Source: Ginglymostoma cirratum (lineage: Eukaryota). From it: a DNA stretch of 64,000 bases. The stretch lies in NCBI GenBank assembly GCA_024137785.1, contig JAHRHZ010000250.1, positions 580,943 to 644,942 of the forward strand. The letters run 5' to 3'. Below, one piece after another: positions 1 through 13,667 of this stretch (position 1 is the first letter of the stretch; each line of letters starts with the position of its first letter). The translations under genes and the position numbers were made by a program. The notes beneath the pieces are model-generated. The model saw only the letters and a list, made by a program, of their open reading frames with translations, had not been told where the DNA came from and did no database searches.

Positions 1-221
1 TGATGCTGCTTGACCTGCTGTGTTCATCCAGCCCCATGCTTGTTACCTCAATATCCAAGCGTGAGCGGTATTCGTTGGTATGTGCGTGGAGGGGGGCAAA
101 GGTGAACCCTTTACTGAGGACTGACCGTTCGTCCTCAGTAAGGGGGAAGTCTGGGGGGATGGTGAAGACTCGGCAGGGCTCAGTGTTGCTGCCTCATCTG
201 GAGCTGCTGGCTGCGTGTGTC
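1..221. mobile_element. Penelope-like element remnant (terminal-repeat tail on +, ORF fragment on -) inserted in a Pcdh exon
   Basis: The minus strand of 50-190 translates as TEPCRVFTIPPDFPLTEDERSVLSKGFTFAPLHAHTNEYRSRLDI, resembling the N-terminal 'L..E..VLSKGL.F.P' motif of Penelope-like ORFs. Bases 1-49 match the reverse complement of 21716-21764 with one mismatch. Confidence 0.7.
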
Positions 222-1112
222 TCGATCAGTTCTAAATATGGGATCGTTTACCCCCTGCGTGCCTTTGATTATGAAAATCCGAAACATTTTCAGATCAGAG
301 TTCAAGCCCGGGATACTGGAACTCTCAAACAGAGCAGCACTGCATTTATAAATGTTGTTATCTTGGATCAAAACGACAATGCTCCTGTTATTGTTTCACC
401 TTTAACGTGGAACTGCTCAGCATCAGCAGAAATTCTACCGCAGTCAGTCTTACCGGGTTATTCTGTCACCAAATTAATCGCTACTGATGCCGATTCTGAT
501 CAAAATTCGCGGCTTTCCTATCACATGTTGGGGTTCAATTATCCAAGCCATTTTACCGTGGGGCTTCGCTCTGGGGAAGTCAGGGCAACGCAGCGTTTAA
601 GTGAGGAAGAAATCAGCGCAACAAAGCTGATAGTCACCGTGAAGGATTATGGAGAGCCAAGCCTGTCTACGACCGTTACGATCGCATTTAACATTTTATC
701 AAATCTTACAAATGATTCTACACAAAGAACTGACGATCATGGACAGTCCAAAAAATATTTTTTCAACCTTAATCGTTATTTAATTATTATATTAGGATCA
801 ACTTCCCTTTTGCTTTTTGTAACCATAATTCTTCTGGTCATTCTGAAGTTCAATCAAGGCACAAATATTGCTGAAGGCCACGGTTGTACAGTTTGTTGTT
901 ACTCAAATCAAAGTTTGAATGATACCTTTAATCATAGGCCAGCACCAAACGAATCATTTAATTACACCCAGTCTCCTCAAACTGAAATTTATCACTACAC
1001 TATAAGTTTTTCTCCAAAGTCATCAAAAAGTGATTATCTCTTCCTAAAGCCTTTTAATCCTACCTTGCGTTTCAATGACTTGGACACCCGGGACACAAGC
1101 ACCAGAAAATAA
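222..1112 (+). pseudogene. Clustered protocadherin, 3' part (end of EC5, EC6, TM, cytoplasmic tail), interrupted upstream by a TE
   Basis: FDYE, DQNDNAP, ATDAD, the TM segment YLIIILGSTSLLLFVTIILLVIL and the SKSDYLFLKP tail are homologous to the intact genes. Cadherin homology stops abruptly at about 222. Confidence 0.8.
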
Positions 1113-3174
1113 TTTAAAAGACGTTCCATTATTGGTAATAACAGTAAAGTCCCATGTTGTAAGTTTTGCATTAATGGGTAAACTTTATTTCAATATATGG
1201 ATGTATCCGCAAGATTAGTATCTGAAGATCTAGTTAAGCAATTTGTTCCCTGCTGTTCCTAATTTTCAATTGTGCAAATATAGCTACCCCGTTATCACAG
1301 TTCTGAAGCGTTCATGCGAGCATGGAATCAGATTTGGAATTGGTTATTGTTTTGGATTGTTGAAGTGGGTCATAATATGTCCTGTGACATTCCAACCCTC
1401 ACTGTTCTGCTGAGCAAGAATCACAAGTGGATTGAACTGGCCAAAATGTTAAGAATAATGTCTAAACCTAGGTTGCATTGACCTGTGTCTGTAACGTTTT
1501 TGACAACTATAAACGTTATTGCAGATAAAAAGTGGAATGAAAATTTTCGGGGCTATCATTATACGCATCCAGAATATCAACAGAGTTCAGTAAACTGTCT
1601 TTTGGAAATTTGTACCAATTTGAATTAAAACAACTATCCATAAATTGAACAGGATATATTAAGGATAAATTACTTTACATAGATTTGATATAAAGCAATT
1701 TTTTTTAGCGTTGTGGGGTGGGGGTGGGGAGGAAGGAGGGTGAAATTTAACTGTTAAGTTGTTTCACAATAAGTTGGTTAACACAACATATACCTTATCA
1801 GAGATTTTGCTTCCCATTCACATAAGTGATTAGTTTCCTTTTGAATGTTACTGCCGCATTTCTTTGCAGCATTCTTTTAGTTAATATCTTCTATTTTATA
1901 ACAACATTGCGTGAAACAGGTGTACTCCCCAATTTTCTCCTGAATCACCAGTTCATTTATTTTAAATTTGGTTAATCTACCTGTCAATGCAAGCTGAGTT
2001 TTGTTTTTTCTCGTATTTAAATTCTCTTAACTCTCTTCGCAACCTTTTCCACCCTTACGGCCCTTAATGCGAGATCACGATTCTAGGATTTTTTTACGCC
2101 GCTCCAAGAGATTGACAAAGATACTGAAAAGTTCATTTCAAGATTGGGCATATAAATCAAGAAGAATTGCATTGCAACTATCTAATAGATTTGGCTGCTG
2201 CGTGTCACGTTGCAAAACGTTATCAGCTTTAAAATGAAACTGATAAAAATTGAGCATCTGTCTAACATTCTTATTGACTCAGTTTAAGCTTACATTTCCT
2301 GACGAATGATCCGAGTTCTGTAATGCCAGCTGCAATTCTGAAAGAATTCCAGAAACCATTTTGAAATATCATAACAAATACATTTATACGACAGAAGTTA
2401 GTGACACCGGTGTGATTAGCTGTATGACACAAACACAAAGATGAGGGGGAAAAGTTTCAGTGTGATACAATTTCAAGATGCATCCATGAAATCCGTTACT
2501 GGAGTTATTTGTTTGAGTAGCTCCGATTAAGCTTTAGATTGATCTTCTACCGCTTTAAATAACTCAAATTACATTCTTTGTGACTGATCTCGGTGCCTTA
2601 CCCCTATGTGACCTCCATAACATTATTGGAACAGAGACTCTAATGTGATCTTTCGACATATTTCATCTCTCATACTCTGCATGAGCTTCACTGTGTTCAC
2701 ACACCGAGCACACACAATCGCTCAAATATCAGGCATATTTATTCAGTTATTTGCTCGCAGCATTGTCTGATTCACCGCCACTTTTTAAACTCTTCTTCTT
2801 CCTCCTTTCCCTTTCTTCGAGTTCCTTCTTGATATCTTCATCCTTCAAGTTTGGACGAATTTCAAATATAATATTATGGACAAATAAGGCACTGTAATGC
2901 TTACTGTCATTCAGTCCTAGCAACGCGTTCTCTCCCCATTTCTACGTTTCCCGAGGAATATTTTATTTTTCACGGCATGTAATTGCTTTTGTTTAATCAA
3001 AACAAATTCTTAACTCCTTGGGAGAAACTCAGTATCATTACAATTTTAAATAATTCCTTCCAAACCCATGGCACTCCTACCTAGAGGAAAAGGTCAGCCG
3101 ATACATGGGAACACCACCTCGCGCAAATTCCCCTGCAAGGCACTCGCCAACCAAACGTGGAATATATCACCTTC

Positions 3175-3310
3175 AGAAGTTCTGAGGAAGGGTCACCGGA
3201 CCCGAAACATTAACTCTACCTTTTTCCTTCGCAGATGCTGCCAGACCTGATGAGCTTTTCCAGCAAGTGGGTCTTTGTCCCTGATTTACAACATTTGCAG
3301 TTACTTTGGA
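3175..3310 (+). mobile_element. Penelope-type terminal repeat with minimal hammerhead ribozyme-like core (3175-3217)
   Basis: agtt-CTGAGGA-a-GGGTC-accg-GACCC-GAAAC-att-aact, followed by the gatgctgccagacctg...ttccagca tail shared with other copies. Confidence 0.6.
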
Positions 3311-4689
3311 TTTTTTTAAAGAAAAAAAAAGATGACCTTTGTTTTGATACAACTGTCTTCAGAACTGTAAGAGGTGGAATTGGACATTTTAAAAATGCTT
3401 TGTCAGATTATGTGGAGGAGCGAATGGAACAGAAAATCATGAATGTGCCCAGAGTAAAAGACAAAGGGAATTCTAATGAACATAAAGGAAAATTGATATG
3501 TACATTGCTAAATTGCAAATGGTAGGTGTGAACATGGGAAAATTAACCTGCTGCCCTGTGAGCAAAGCCAACAAACACAAACAAGACAGGCTTGTGGGTT
3601 GCTGTAGGGCATTCCAAACAGAATGGAAACCAGAGGTAATTCTGTAAAGTTATTGAACTCAATGTTGATTCCGAGGGCCTGTGAAGTAATTAGGCAGAGA
3701 ATGAGTAGGGCTTCTTTGAGCTTGTTGAAAAACTGCTCTGGAGCCACCGTTTTGCACACAGAAGCATGGGACAAAGAAGTGGCAGACAACTAGGAGTTTG
3801 GTCCTATTCTTACGGTCAGAGCATAGAGATTTCACAACGTGGACAAACAGCCTTCGTTTGGTCTCACTGATGTAAACAAAAACCGAATTCATTATCAGCA
3901 GCGAATACTATAAGTTAGATTGTAAGAATTAAAAGTAAAATCCTGCATCATCAGGGAGATGTATTTTGATACTTGGAAAGTAGGAAAGGAGGTGAAAGTT
4001 CAAATGTTCCAACTTTGGTAATTTTATACAAAATGGCCATGGTAACGTGGAGTAAATGGGAATGTGTTATGACTAATATTGTTGTGGGAGGAGTAGTCCC
4101 CCAAAGATTGCTGACAGTGAAAGTGAGGGAATGACCTCTTTGATGGCAGTATTCTGCTGGACATTTAAATACAGAGGCTAATATACTTTAACATTGTCTC
4201 TAGTTTCAGTTCAGCTAGTTTCCCCTCGCCTGCGGTGTGACGATCCTCAGGTCAAACCATTATCAATCGCGTCTCTCTGATGAGAAAGGAACCCCATTGT
4301 CCATTTGGACGAAAGTGATTTTACCTTTGGGTTAGTTCTTTTGGGTTAGTTGGACGCCCGATTTGTAATATGTGTGGTCACTTTCTGCAGCGACTGATAT
4401 TACCATGTAGGACTCTCCTTCTGAACTTCGTTCATCGCCTTAGGCATGGGGACCATCAGGTTAACCAACCAGCAGTCATCTCTCGCTAATGAGAACTGAT
4501 CATTAGGACTATGAGGCTTTTTGATCTAAATGCTTCTCTGAAACTTCATATACTATTGACCCTACCTCATTTCCGTTTCTTTTGAATAGTCTCTTCATTA
4601 AAAAAAAACTTTAAACTGGAATATTCCACTGGCAGAACTTCATGGTTCCATGGTCCATAAACTACAGTAATTTCAGTACTTTATAATGT

Positions 4690-4885
4690 ATGTTGCATTC
4701 TAATACTCATCTGGTTCACTGATGTCCTTTCGGGAAGGAAACTGCCATCCTCATATGGTCTGGCCTACATGTGACTCCAGATCCACAGCAACGTGGTTGA
4801 CTCTTCACAGCCCTCTGGGCAATTAAATATGGACAATAAATGCTGCCTAGCCAGCGACGCCGTCATCCGTGAATGAATAAAGAAA
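4690..4885 (+). mobile_element. SINE core and tail (family of 61477-61808)
   Basis: ggaaggaaactgccatcc...gtgactccagatccacagcaac...aataaatgctgcctagccagcgacgcc...gaatgaataaa matches the SINE at 61477 and the LINE ends at 7938 and 10900-11150. Confidence 0.65.
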
Positions 4886-7800
4886 AGAAAACCCAGAAGC
4901 GATCTGTAGTGATTCCTGATCTCCCGAAGTCTCAAGGTTGTATCTGTTTGTTTCATATTATAATATTATTGATTTCTCTAATAGCTGCAATATTTTTGTG
5001 AGAATAGCCTCCGAGTCCAGACAACGCACTCCTCGGACCTTTACCTTTATTCCAGTAGCCTTCTGTTACCATTAACACAGGCCATGGATTGTCATGCAGT
5101 CTACCATCTAGGTCAAACCCTGTGAAAATTATTTGTTAAATTTCTTCGTCACAGCTCCTCCACTACCTTATTCAAAACTTAACTTTTAGACCAAAACTTG
5201 GTCAGACCTTGTAAATATTTGTTTTTGGTCCAGCGAATATCCTTGTTCTGGTAATTCCAACGTGTCGCGTTTTAAATGGTTTACACATGTTTTTGCTCAT
5301 ATTATCTGTCTGCACTTACCTTCATGAACTATAAGTAGTAGAAAGTCACATTTTAATCTTCAAGACTTCTTCCTGTGATTTAGTACTACTCAAAGGTAGT
5401 TTAACTTGTGTTTACTTCACTGAAATAGGACGCTAGAAATCAAGACACATTTTTCCGGGAGTCATCATGAAATTTCATGATTTTGCAAAAGTACTGAGTT
5501 TCTCCAATTTACTTGCGTTTTCAGCTCAAGTTGAAATGAAGCATGGAAAAGATTTATGTCCTTAATAAGAACTAAATTTTGTTACAATTACATACATCAA
5601 AGCTACATGTAAGTAAATTGTACAGTCCATTTATAACTCTACTAGGTAAAATTGTAATACCATTTTATCGCCGTACAGACACATACAGGTAGTTACACAT
5701 ACTTGGGTATTATAGGCGGAAGGAAAGACTGAGAAGGGAGTTCAAGGGTCCACGCCCTCAAGGTTCACTGAGATGATCTTTTTGGCTTGTCAGGATTTGC
5801 TGCTCCTTGATCATTCTTTCTCACCCAGAAGCTGTTCAGCTGCCTGTCAGATATTCAATAGTTGTTGTCAGGCAGAAGACCTTCTTTATCGACAGCTAGC
5901 CACATTCATAGACCAATAAGTTACTTATTCTAGCTGAATCTTCCTCTTCTCATCCATCTGCTTCCAAATCCTCCCTAATACACAGGCACAATGATTGAGG
6001 AAACGGCACATAAACAGCAAATACTACGAATGATAGGTGACTTGCTTTTTTTAAAAGAAGTGCAGTAACGCTTTCCACAAGGCTCAGTTTTTAAAACAGC
6101 CTTTCCCCATTTCAGTCCATAATCAAAAAATGCGGAATAATAGAAAATGCAATCTGTAGATGCTTCACCATTGAAGGAAGAAACAAAAGTTCTAAAATGC
6201 GTCTCACCGCAAAATACGGGATAGACTGCAAAGCAGAAGACTTACATATTTTAATTCCATCTTCCCCCACCCCCACCTCCGCCACCTGGGTCTGATAGAA
6301 ACTTCCTATTCCTTACACCTTTAAATTATTCCAACTTTTTACATTTTGGACAATATATGGGCAGTTAATCTGTCTTTCCCAACGATGTGATTAATCATTA
6401 CATTAAGTGTTTGCAACAATCAACTCCACCTGAATGGTCTCACATTCCGTGTTGTGCACTTTTCATTGAAGGCAAGTCAATTGCGATAAATATAACATAT
6501 ATTTCCTGTTGTTATGCTGGACATAGTTTTAAAAGTATCAAAGAACCAACAACAATCTCCACACGAAACAATACTTCTTCTGGTACTTTTTTGAATGGAG
6601 ATGTAGCCCACTGGATTCTTCATTTCAGACTCAATCAGTCTGCAACAAGGCTGCAACTACCCAAAACGCACAAGCATCAATCGGCAGCTTGAAAGGTTTG
6701 TAAACAAAAACAGACTTGACCAATTTATTAGGAATACATTCAGCTTCTCAAAGAACACGCTGCTTACCATACTTGTTTCTTGTTACTTGTCAGCTTGTTT
6801 CTTTAAGAAACTCATGAAGGGTTCTCATATCTAATGGAAATTGAGCACTGTTCCCAATAAAATCCGCATATTTCGATTCGTCTCATGAATTCTTGTTTAC
6901 TTTTGGGAATAGGAAATTGCATTAGAGCCTTCCCCTTCTTATCCTTGGTAACGTTTGTCCTTATCTTACGTCATGTTTTAGTAAAGTTATCCTAGCTTTA
7001 CAAATACACTTTGGCTAATTTATTACTAATACAGGCAATAACAATTGCTTAATTATTTCACCTACTTGTATCACACATTCTTTGCAGTCTTACTGTAAAC
7101 CACAACATTATCTAAGTACACTGGATAGCTACAAATCTCTTGGACAACCAGATCCTTAAGCCTCTGGGGTGTAGTTGGGCCATTCTTTGACCTAGATGGA
7201 ATCATTTGACGTTGTTATAAATCATTTATTGTATGACAAACGGATATTTCATCAGCCATTGGTGATAATCGCACTTGACAGTAATCCGTCAATAGATCAA
7301 TTGAGTCAATGCCAACCGCATCAACTCAAACTTCTAAAAGTGGCTTTGGGAATGAATTTGTTTTTGTGACTCTTTCGTTATCTGCAGAGTCTGTTTGGTC
7401 CATGTAGTTTAGGAACCAATCCTATTAGCCAAATCCACTTTCTGTCATTAGGTTATATTGAATATTTTTCCAGCATTTATGGAATGGTTGATTCCACCTG
7501 AGTTTATTTTTCTCGGTTCAACCGATAAGGATGTTGTTTTATCAGTCTTGACTGTCCCCGAATTCATCATCAGGTCTACTTAATGTACTACATTCAGATG
7601 TATCTCAACAGACTACTTTTTGCTTCCTCGGTTGTCTTTCACAATCCTTCCGTTATCTTTTCTCTAAAAATGATAATGAGTCTAACTCTCCCAATAATAT
7701 TGTGTTAGCTAGTCAAATTCAAAGACGTGTAACTTGATAACTGCCAACTGCTCTTTCACGTCATTCTTATTGACTCTGTTGTCTTCTACTAATCCTGTCA

Positions 7801-7937
7801 ACTGATGCAACTGTGTTTCCTTTTGGTTTACGTATGATGAAATATTTTCAAACTATTTACGTGATCAAATCAATTCTTCTCCCCACAATCAGGAACAATT
7901 GTCAGATATGCCACTTTACTGAACCCTAAGTACGTTC

Positions 7938-10900
7938 TTTTTTTATATTCATTTGTGGGACGTGGACGCCACTGGCTGGCTGCGTTTGTTGTACTTGTCA
8001 AGTTGTTCTTCAGAAGGTGGCAGTGAACTGCCTTCTTGAACTGCTGCAGTCCACCTGCTGTGGGTTGACACACAATGCCATTAGGGATACATTCCAGGAT
8101 TTTGACCTAGCAGCAGTGAGGGAAAGGTGATATAATTCCAAATCAGGATGGAGAGTGTCTTGAGGAGAACTTGATGTGGTGCTGTTTCCATATATCTGCT
8201 GCCCTTGCCTTCCTGGATGGAAGTGGTCGTGAGTTTGGAAGGTGCTCACTGAGGATCTTTGGTGAATTTCTAAGTGCGTCTTGTAGATAGTACACATTGT
8301 GCTACTGAGCATCAGTGGTGGAGGGAGTGGATGCTTGTGGATGCAGTGCCGATCAAGCGAGCTGCTTTGTCATGGATGGTGTCAAGCTTCTTGAGTGTTG
8401 TTGGTGCTGCACTCATCCAAGCAAATGGGAAGTATTCCACCACATTCCTGACTTGTACCTTGTAGATGGTGGGCAGGCTTTTAGGAGTCAGGAGGTGAGT
8501 TACTCGCCATAGTGTTCCAAGCTTCTGACCAGCTCTTTTAGCCGCTGTGTTAATGTGGTGAGTCCAGTTGAGTTTCTGATCAATGGTAACCTTCGGAATG
8601 TTGATAATGGCGAATACAGTGATGTTAACACTGTTGAATGACAAGGTGTGGTGATATGAAGTATCTTATTCGTGATGGTTAAAGCCTGGTGTTTGCCTGG
8701 TGCGAATATTACTTGCCACTTTTCAGCCCAAGCCTGGATATTGTCCAGATGTTGGTGCATTTGGAATTGGACTGCTTCAGTATCTGAGGAGTCCCGAATG
8801 GTGTTGAATATTGTGCAATCATCGATGAACATCCCCACTTCTGATCTTATGATGAAAGAAAGGCCATTGATGAAGCAGTTGAAGATGATTAGGCTGAGGA
8901 CATTACCCCGAGGAACTCCTGCAGCAATGTCCTGGAGCTGAGATGATTGATCTCCAACAAGCACGACAATCTTCTGACGTGTCAGGTATGACTCAAACTA
9001 CTGAAGAGTTTGCCCCCTGATACCCAGTGATTCCAGGTTTGCTTGGGCTCCTTGATGCCACACTCATTTGAATGCAGCCTTGATATCAAGCACTGTCACT
9101 CTCACCTCACGTCTTGAATTTAGCTCTTTTGTCCATGTTTGGACGAAAGTTGTAATGAGGTCAGGAGCTGAGTGACCCAGAAGGAACCCAAACTGGGCAT
9201 CACTGAGCTGGTTATTACTGAGCAGGTGCTGCTTGATAGCACTGTTAGTGACATCTTCCACCACTTTACTGATGATCGAGAGTCAACTGATGGGGTGGTA
9301 ATTGGCTGGGTTGGATTTGTTCTGTTTCTTATGTACATGACATACTTTGCCAATTTTTCACATTGTCGGGTAGGTACCAGAATTTTAGTGTACTGGAACA
9401 GCTAGGCGAGGTGAATGACAGTTTCTGAAGTGCAAGTCTTCATAACTATTGCTGGAATGTTGACTGGGCCCGTAGCCTTTGCAGTATCCAGTGTCTCCAC
9501 GTGGAGTGAATAGAAATGGCTGAAGACTGCTATCTCTAATGCTGGGGACCACTGGAAGACGCCGAGATGGATCATCCACGTGGCACTTCTGGCTGAAGAT
9601 TGCTGGAAAAGTTTCAGCCTTATCTTTTGCACTGATGTGCTGGGCTCTCCATCATTAAGGATGGGGATATTTATGGACCCTCCTCCTCCAGTGAGTTGTT
9701 TAATTATCCACTACAATTCACGAATGGATATGGTAGGACTGGAGAGATTAGATCTGATCCAATAGTTGTGGGATCGCTTAGCTCTGTCTATCACTTGCTG
9801 CTTGTGTTGTTTGCCATGCAAGTTGTCCTGTTTGGTGGCCTCACCAGGTTGATACCTCATCTTCAGGTATGCCTGATGTTGCTCCTGTAATAGCCTCCTG
9901 CACACTCCATTGAACCAGGTTGGCCCCCTGCCTTGATGGCAATGGTTGAATGGGGAATATACAGGGCCATGAGTATGCAGTTTTGTGCTGGCATACAATT
10001 CTGCTGCTTTTGATGGCCCACAGCACCTCAGAGATTAAGTTGTAAGATCTGTGAGAAGTCTATCCCATTTATCATGGTGATAAAGCCACACAACACAAGG
10101 GAAGTTATTCTCAACGTGAAGGCCAGACTTTGATTCCACAAGGACTGTGCAGAAATCACTTAATCAATGTTAACATGGATAAATACACTTGCAGCTTGCA
10201 GATTGGTACGGATGAGATCAAGTAAGTTTTCTCCTCTTGTTGGTTCCCTCACCACCTGCCACAGCCTTAGTCTAGCAGCTATGTCCTTTGGGACCTAACC
10301 AGCAGTATCAGTAGTACTGCAGCCAAGCCACCCTTAGCGGTTAACATTGAAATCCCCCACCCAGAGTATATTTTGTGCCCATGCCATCCTCTGTGCTTCC
10401 TCCAAGTGTCGTTCAACATGGAGGAGTACAGATTCATCAGCTGAGGGAGGATGGTATGTGATAACCAGCAGGAGGTTTCGTTGCCCATGTTTAACCTGAA
10501 GCCATGAGACGTTATCAGGTCTGCAGTCAATGTTGAGAACGCCCAGAATAATTCTCTCTAGCCTGCATACAACTGTGCCACCATCTCTGCTGGGTCTGTC
10601 TTGCTGGTGAGACAGGACGTATCCAGGGATGGTGACTATGGTGTCTGGGATATTGTCTATAAAGTATGATTACATGGGTATTATTATGTCAGGGTGTTGC
10701 CTAATTAGTCTGTGAGATAGCTCTCCCAATTTTGGCACTAGTGTCCAGATGTTGGTGACCGGGACTTTACAGGGTCGACAGAACTCTTTCTGCCATTGTC
10801 TTTTCTGGTGTCAAGACCAATGCCAGGTGATCCGTCTGGTATCATTTATTTGAGCCTCTGTAACCTTTCGTACAATTGAATGTCTTGCTTGGCCGTTTCA

Positions 10901-11152
10901 TAAGACAACTGAGAGTCAACCACATTGTTGTGGGTCTGGAGTCACATGTTGGCCTGAACTGGTGAAGATGGCAGATTGCCTTCTCTGAAAGACATAAGTA
11001 CACCAGTTGGGTTTTCCCTGACAATTGGCAATGATTTCATAGTGATCAGTAGATTCACAATTCCAGCAGAATTTGAAACCAGGTCCCCACACTATTAGTT
11101 GATTTTCTGGATTAATAGCCTAGTGATAATACCACTGGGCTATCGCCTACCC
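7938..11152 (-). mobile_element. Near full-length decayed CR1/L2-group LINE (APE + RT) with a tRNA-like 5' head
   Basis: APE start TNIW.LVPKLGELSHRL (about 10757); RT motifs QFGF, VLDIKAAF, GVPRGNVL, MFIDDCT and TIDQKLNWTHHIN; A-rich 3' tail at 7938; A/B-box-like head at 11069-11152. Confidence 0.85.
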
Positions 11153-11914
11153 TATGGACCACTTAACTTTAGTTTCAGATCTTCTTGTGGCAAAGGCATA
11201 CACTTCATTTCCTGATTTCAACGTTCAAATTATTGAAAGTTTACCTGTCCATTTGTTCATTCGAGCTTGTGAATTTTAAACACTCTTCTGCTACCTATCA
11301 TGTTATTGTCACTCTCTCTCCACAAACATGGACATATTGTCGTCTTGTTCTGTCGAATAACTTGTCCTTAAGCAACTTCAATTAACTTCTAACTTTATGA
11401 TAATAAATAAATCCAAATGAACGGAAAACAATAGGTTCATTTGGGGAATATCTGCTAGTAAACGTACGAAATCGATCCCTTTTGTTCCAAGCCAGTGGGT
11501 ATTTGCCACTGTACTGTTTAAACAAGGTTTTTAGTAGCTCTCCAAAGTTAACAGTGTTTTCACTGACGCACAATTGAATTCAACTGTTTTCTACCCAAAC
11601 TGCTAAATACTTCCTGCAGTATTTTAAACATTATGTTAGAATCGTGATGAATCGATAGCCAGCAATGAGTAAAAATAATCTAAGTTAACCTTTCTCCAGG
11701 CTGCAATTATCTTTGAAGGAACAGCTTTTAGGAATTGAGCTCTCATATACATGATTGTAACGATACACTGATATCTTATTTTGCTTTTAGTAATGTTCTT
11801 CCATAAACAAGAGTAGTTCGTATGATTCTTCAAAAACGGTTATGGGCATCAAAGGTGCTAGTTTGATTACTTGTCGATGACTTCCTACCACCTCACAGGG
11901 ACATGTTCTATGAT

Positions 11915-12072
11915 ATGGAGATGCTGGTGTTGGACTGGAAGGGACAAAGTGAGAAGTCACACGACACCAGTTTATAGTTAAACAGGCTTTTTTTTTTAAA
12001 AGAAAGAAAGAAACATAAGCTTTTTCAGCACTGCGACAACCTCCTGGATTATAACCTGGTGTCGTGTGACTT
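11915..12072. mobile_element. Short inverted-repeat insertion (probable Penelope-type terminal-repeat pair) inside the Gypsy integrase
   Basis: aagtcacacgacaccagtttata (11954-) and tataacctggtgtcgtgtgactt (-12072) are inverted copies. The insertion splits the integrase zinc-finger CxxC region. Confidence 0.5.
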
Positions 12073-13539
12073 TTGACACTTTTTATGGAACTGAACGGCA
12101 TGTTTATTAAGTCTCGGCCATGTAAAATATGACTTTATCAATGTCTGTGTTTTCCGTGTTGCTATGTACTCTGCCACAGGAAATTCATGCGTCACCCACA
12201 ATATTTTTTTCATGATATTTGGATTGTATCTCTGTTTGATGAGCAACCATCAATTACTGGTCTTCAACTCTGTGAGTCCCTGTTCCTCGAGGGTATTCTA
12301 TTTTCAATATATTAACACATTGGAACCCTTCATCCTTAGCTTTTGTGTGATATGTCTGCGGAATCGTATTTAATGTTGGATCTGCTTCTTGAGCCTCGAT
12401 TAATGGGGACATGTTAAACACATCTTTAAATTATTCTTTACCTGAAACAGGGTTTCAGCAGCCATAACATTTGTTCACAGTATTACAGCGGCCTCTGGAA
12501 ATGGACATTTTCGGCCATTTATCTGCTCACTGTACACGATGAAAATCACCTGGAACCTGTTTTTGCACCCGTTCCATGTCTCTACCGTGAACTCAATTTC
12601 CACGACTGTAAGCAAAGCTGCGACTTTCAATCTTGTTAAATAATTCTACGGGAGTAGATAAACTTTGTATACAAGTAATTGCATAACTACCTCGATTACC
12701 ACCAATCCACACTGCAAACCACAATCCACCTGGACGTTGAATCATGGAACCTGGATAAACTCTCCACATAATCCATTTGCTAACACTTTCACTTTCATTC
12801 AACTCTCCTTTAGGAAAATTAAATCTTTGGCGTGCAAGAGATTTTGATCGGTGTCTTGTGACAGCCTTGCTTTAAAGAGAAAGATAATTATCTCTCCTTT
12901 AGTCAAAAATACATCTTGTGCCTCCTCTACCTTATTAACGCTTTTTACAGTCACAGCAGTGTTTACTTCCGTTCTATTAATTGCAATTTAACTACAATTT
13001 ATTCTGTAGCCTTTTCCACTTGTTTTCTTTTCGGAATCATTCTTACAAACTCCAGCCGTTTCCATGTATTTTCCTCGCCATTGTCGCCGTTTTCATTGAA
13101 AGTGTCTTAATGTTTTACAATGGAATCATCTTGGGTTCCGGTATTCACCTTTATTCTTATTACTTTTCCTCCTGGTCTGAGGAAGAGACCATGGGGCATT
13201 GCCAACTGTTCATTCTTTACCCTGGAATGTCGATTTCCTTCCACTTTCCCAACGTCTATCGAACTTATCAGTAGGGCAGAAAATTGTTAAATTTTATGGC
13301 TTCTTTCGTAATTGTAGTCATTACTGCTGCCTGCCTAGCAGATGTAGATCTTTGGTCCTCAACATGGCTCCTTATTTGAGAAGGTCGTGCGCTTTTTAAT
13401 CCATCTAAGAGAATGAGCTTGGTTTTAACGTCCAATTTTCGTATCCACAAGTAGTAATTACTTTGCTTAACTATTACAAACTCACTATTAGTGCACTCAG
13501 GATTTTTACTTAAATTCCTGGCCCTTTGCTTAAATGCCT

Positions 13540-13667
13540 NNNNNNNNNNNNNNNNNNNNNNNNNNNNNNNNNNNNNNNNNNNNNNNNNNNNNNNNNNNNN
13601 NNNNNNNNNNNNNNNNNNNNNNNNNNNNNNNNNNNNNNNNNNNNNNNNNNNNNNNNNNNNNNNNNNN
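13540..13667. other. Assembly gap (N run)
   Basis: Run of n characters. Confidence 1.

Noticed and set aside
3-1112. 369-aa ORF as an intact novel gene
   Set aside because: The N-terminal ~73 codons are TE-derived, with no signal peptide or EC1-EC4.
4276-4320. ctgatgag...gtcc-attt-ggac-gaaa as a hammerhead
   Set aside because: Helix II does not follow CUGAUGA directly, and the sister repeat at 4430-4520 lacks the boxes (ctaatgag...ggactatg). Likely chance.
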